Source: Octopus bimaculoides
Taxonomy: Eukaryota
DNA: 53,244 bases
Assembly: GCF_001194135.2 (NCBI RefSeq)
Contig: NC_069001.1
Span: 20,504,002-20,557,245, forward strand
Direction of reading: 5' to 3'
Below, one piece after another: positions 50,742 to 53,244 of the stretch. Made by a program: the position numbers and the translations under genes. Numbering within the stretch: position 1 is the first letter of the stretch; each line of letters opens with the position of its first letter. The notes below the pieces were generated by a model, which saw only the letters and a list, made by a program, of their open reading frames with translations, had not been told where the DNA came from and did not search any database.

Positions 50742-50834
50742 CTCATCAGATGCCAAATAAATTATTAAATGAGCAATTTCGTCAGCGGTAGCCAATCTTC
50801 CCATCTTTTGACGTTCCAAGAAACTTGTCATTGC
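50742..50834 (-). CDS. BDH2: BDH2 penultimate coding exon: AMTSFLERQKMGRLATADEIAHLIIYLASDE
   Basis: Acceptor ctcttcatcag and donor gtacgt; 93 bp. Matches human [31 protein letters not shown]. Confidence 0.95.
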
Positions 50835-50858
50835 CTGATGAAGAGAGTGAAAACCCAT

Positions 50859-51206
50859 TTTATACAAAATCGATATACAAGGCACTTATGCTGACTGCTT
50901 TTTCAGTAGAAAGACAGGTGCCGTGGGGCATAAAATGCATTTATGATATTATGCAAATTGTGCCTGTAGGGTGTATCTGAATCTTCTTTAGGGTGTAACA
51001 TAAATAATATGACTTCGTAATCATTTATCAATGAGTAAATATACATACGAAGTCATATTATTTATGTTACACCCTAAAGAAGATTCAGATACACCCTACA
51101 GGCACAATTTGCATAATATCATAAATGCATTTTATGCCCCACGGCACCTGTCTTTCTACTGAAAAAGCAGTCAGCATAAGTGCCTTGTATATCGATTTTG
51201 TATAAA
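50859..51206. repeat. Perfect inverted repeat, 161-bp arms, 26-nt loop, inside a 744-nt BDH2 intron
   Basis: 50859-51019 is the exact reverse complement of 51046-51206. The ORF track shows MPCISILYK starting on both strands. Confidence 0.97.
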
Positions 51207-51578
51207 TGTTACCGGTGTTTATATGCCTGCATGTATGAATTTGATATTCTCTATACCCTCTATCTTATTCTTATATTCCTTCCTCTTTCACGTAATATTC
51301 CCCCTCTCACTGGATTCCTCCTCATTTCCCTCATAACTCTCTCCGTAAGGAATGAATTTTCCCAGTCCATCTCATAGACAGGCTTTTGAAACTCTCACAT
51401 CTCCATTCTTAATCAGTCTCACATTTCAATTTCTTTATTATCCCCTCTACCTACAACCAAAGCGACAATATTTTTTCACACTAAAAGCATGGGACGAAAA
51501 CGTTGGATTATGCTACCCAATCAACCACTTAAACATTTACTTATCTCACACATACGCAATAAAAAATTGAAATATTAC

Positions 51579-51637
51579 ATTTTTTGCATCTGGTAAGGCT
51601 TCCACTCGGTCACGGAACGAAGGTGTATCTACAGTAC
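51579..51637 (-). CDS. BDH2: BDH2/DHRS6 (3-hydroxybutyrate dehydrogenase type 2, SDR family) exon: GTVDTPSFRDRVEALPDAKN
   Basis: Minus-strand acceptor ttattcacag and donor gtaata. 59 bp, as the human exon encoding [20 protein letters not shown]. Confidence 0.92.
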
Positions 51638-52155
51638 CTGTGAATAACAAGATAAAACATATACACTAGAAAGGTAAAGCATAAAACTCCTTGAAGTGCA
51701 CAAGGATTATATCTTAACCTATCAAAAGAGACAAAATTGTCATTCTCCAAATTGAAGGATGTATTCGAGGTTTCTATTCAAGTGGCAAGTGCATTCTCTG
51801 AATATATCGATTTTCTACTCTAACTAGTACACAATCTTCTACATTTTCTTTGTGAATTTTGCGTAGTTGGGTGATAAGGCAAACCGAAATATTTCCAGAT
51901 TTGTCTCCAACACTTACTGAAATCCTTATAATTTGACAAATATATGTTTTTATAAATGGCATAATTATTTCTATTTGAGTTTAAATAGTCCTGGCATTGA
52001 ATATGGGAACTAAGATGATGTTAAAGTATCCTATTTAATCTTTTTTTCCATCAGCATGAATCGCAGTTGCAGATCACTAGTTCATACTCTTTTACTTACA
52101 TGCTAAACAGAAACAAAGGAGGTCTTACATTATATACATGCATGGATGGATAGAG

Positions 52156-52227
<72 letters not shown>

Positions 52228-52329
52228 GTGTGTGTGTGTGTACGTGTGTACGTGCGGGTGTGCGGGGGGTGCATGTATGTGCGTGTGTGAGCGTGCGCGC
52301 ACGCCTGTGTATTCTGAAAAATAACTGAA

Positions 52330-52750
52330 CATCGACTTGAAGTCCTATCTTTAACGATCTGAGAACTAAACTCCCCATTTCATTGCTGAAGGATTAGATA
52401 CTTTCCAGACCGTCTAACAAAACACACATCAAGGAATAGCTTGTGGTTTTTGAAACTGCCACACTTTAATGGGGAAACATCTTTAGTAAGCCGCTGGGCG
52501 ATCCGAAGAGAGGATTCGAATATACGACTAGTACACTCCGGACCCTCCCTTACAAATAGTACATTACTAAATTGCCCTATCAACAATGGGGACATATACC
52601 TGCGGACATGCGTGGTGTTTAACTTACATCTGCTAAAAGCAATGTATCCTACATTTGAAGTACCATCAAACAACTGAACATCTATGCTAATGCCTCTGTC
52701 AAAAGACACCTGCAGAAATGTGAAACCCAAGAATTCAGGTTTCCATTGTT
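52330..52750 (+). mobile_element. Highly decayed RTE ORF 3' remnant
   Basis: Weak match VVFETATL*WG...QQWGHIP...STIKQL to the RTE post-RT region. Confidence 0.4.
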
Positions 52751-53194
52751 TCCACTGAACGTAATATTAGGGACCTGAGAATAAAAGAAGTTATCATCAT
52801 TAGCAAGACCGAACTACGTATTAACTATAGAACCGAGCTACACGCAGCTAAATTGGCAATTATATCAATGTTATTCTGAACTTGCAAAGCAACACTCCAT
52901 ATAAACGTACGCATACACTTACAACAAAGCAGAAAAGTTAGCTCGGAACACTTAATCTCAGTAAATTTCCTGATGAAAAGAGTCTTAACCTCTGACTATC
53001 GAATTACAAGATAAAAGTACAAACATTTGACTTCTTTTATATCTCATAACTCACATTATTTTTGGCTTTTTAAAAAGTAAAATCTTGCAAATAAATACAT
53101 ACATACAAATGTGTGAGCGTATGTGGACACACGTGCATTTATAGATATGTATGTATGTATGTATGTACGTATGTATATATATATATATATGTGC

Positions 53195-53244
<50 letters not shown>

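Noticed and set aside
50598-50885. 95-aa ORF starting MPCISILYK as a single-exon protein
   Set aside because: Only the central 31 codons are the BDH2 exon; the start lies in the hairpin arm and the end is intron.

Overview
AT-rich, microsatellite-dense animal DNA with six assembly gaps. The SINE and LINE content points to an octopus (coleoid cephalopod); this is inference. Two spliced host genes face each other tail-to-tail. On the + strand are the last four coding exons of a KCNQ1 (Kv7.1)-type potassium channel (10946-23418; helices B, C and D). On the - strand are the last three coding exons of BDH2/DHRS6 (51637 down to 48488). All seven exons have canonical splice sites (AG acceptors, GT donors on the non-terminal exons) and join in frame. 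The rest is introns and about 24 kb of intergenic DNA filled with decayed mobile elements: RTE, Tx1/L1, CR1-like, HERO-like and Penelope-like retroelements, a Gypsy integrase fragment, Tc1/mariner (maT-like and DD41D-like), hAT, a possible Helitron end and several SINE families. The most unusual signals are structural. (1) A perfect 161-bp inverted repeat sits 24 nt from a BDH2 3' splice site. (2) A DD41D-like mariner has ~264-bp terminal inverted repeats that include the end of its own transposase ORF. (3) Four fold-back elements cluster in 3 kb. (4) An RTE copy has the geometry of a twin-priming 5' inversion. Several intronic inverted pairs would make dsRNA in a lineage known for heavy A-to-I editing. 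No intact transposase or RT ORF, true tRNA/rRNA gene or CRISPR array was seen. TE coordinates are approximate (tens of bp), and identities were estimated by eye.
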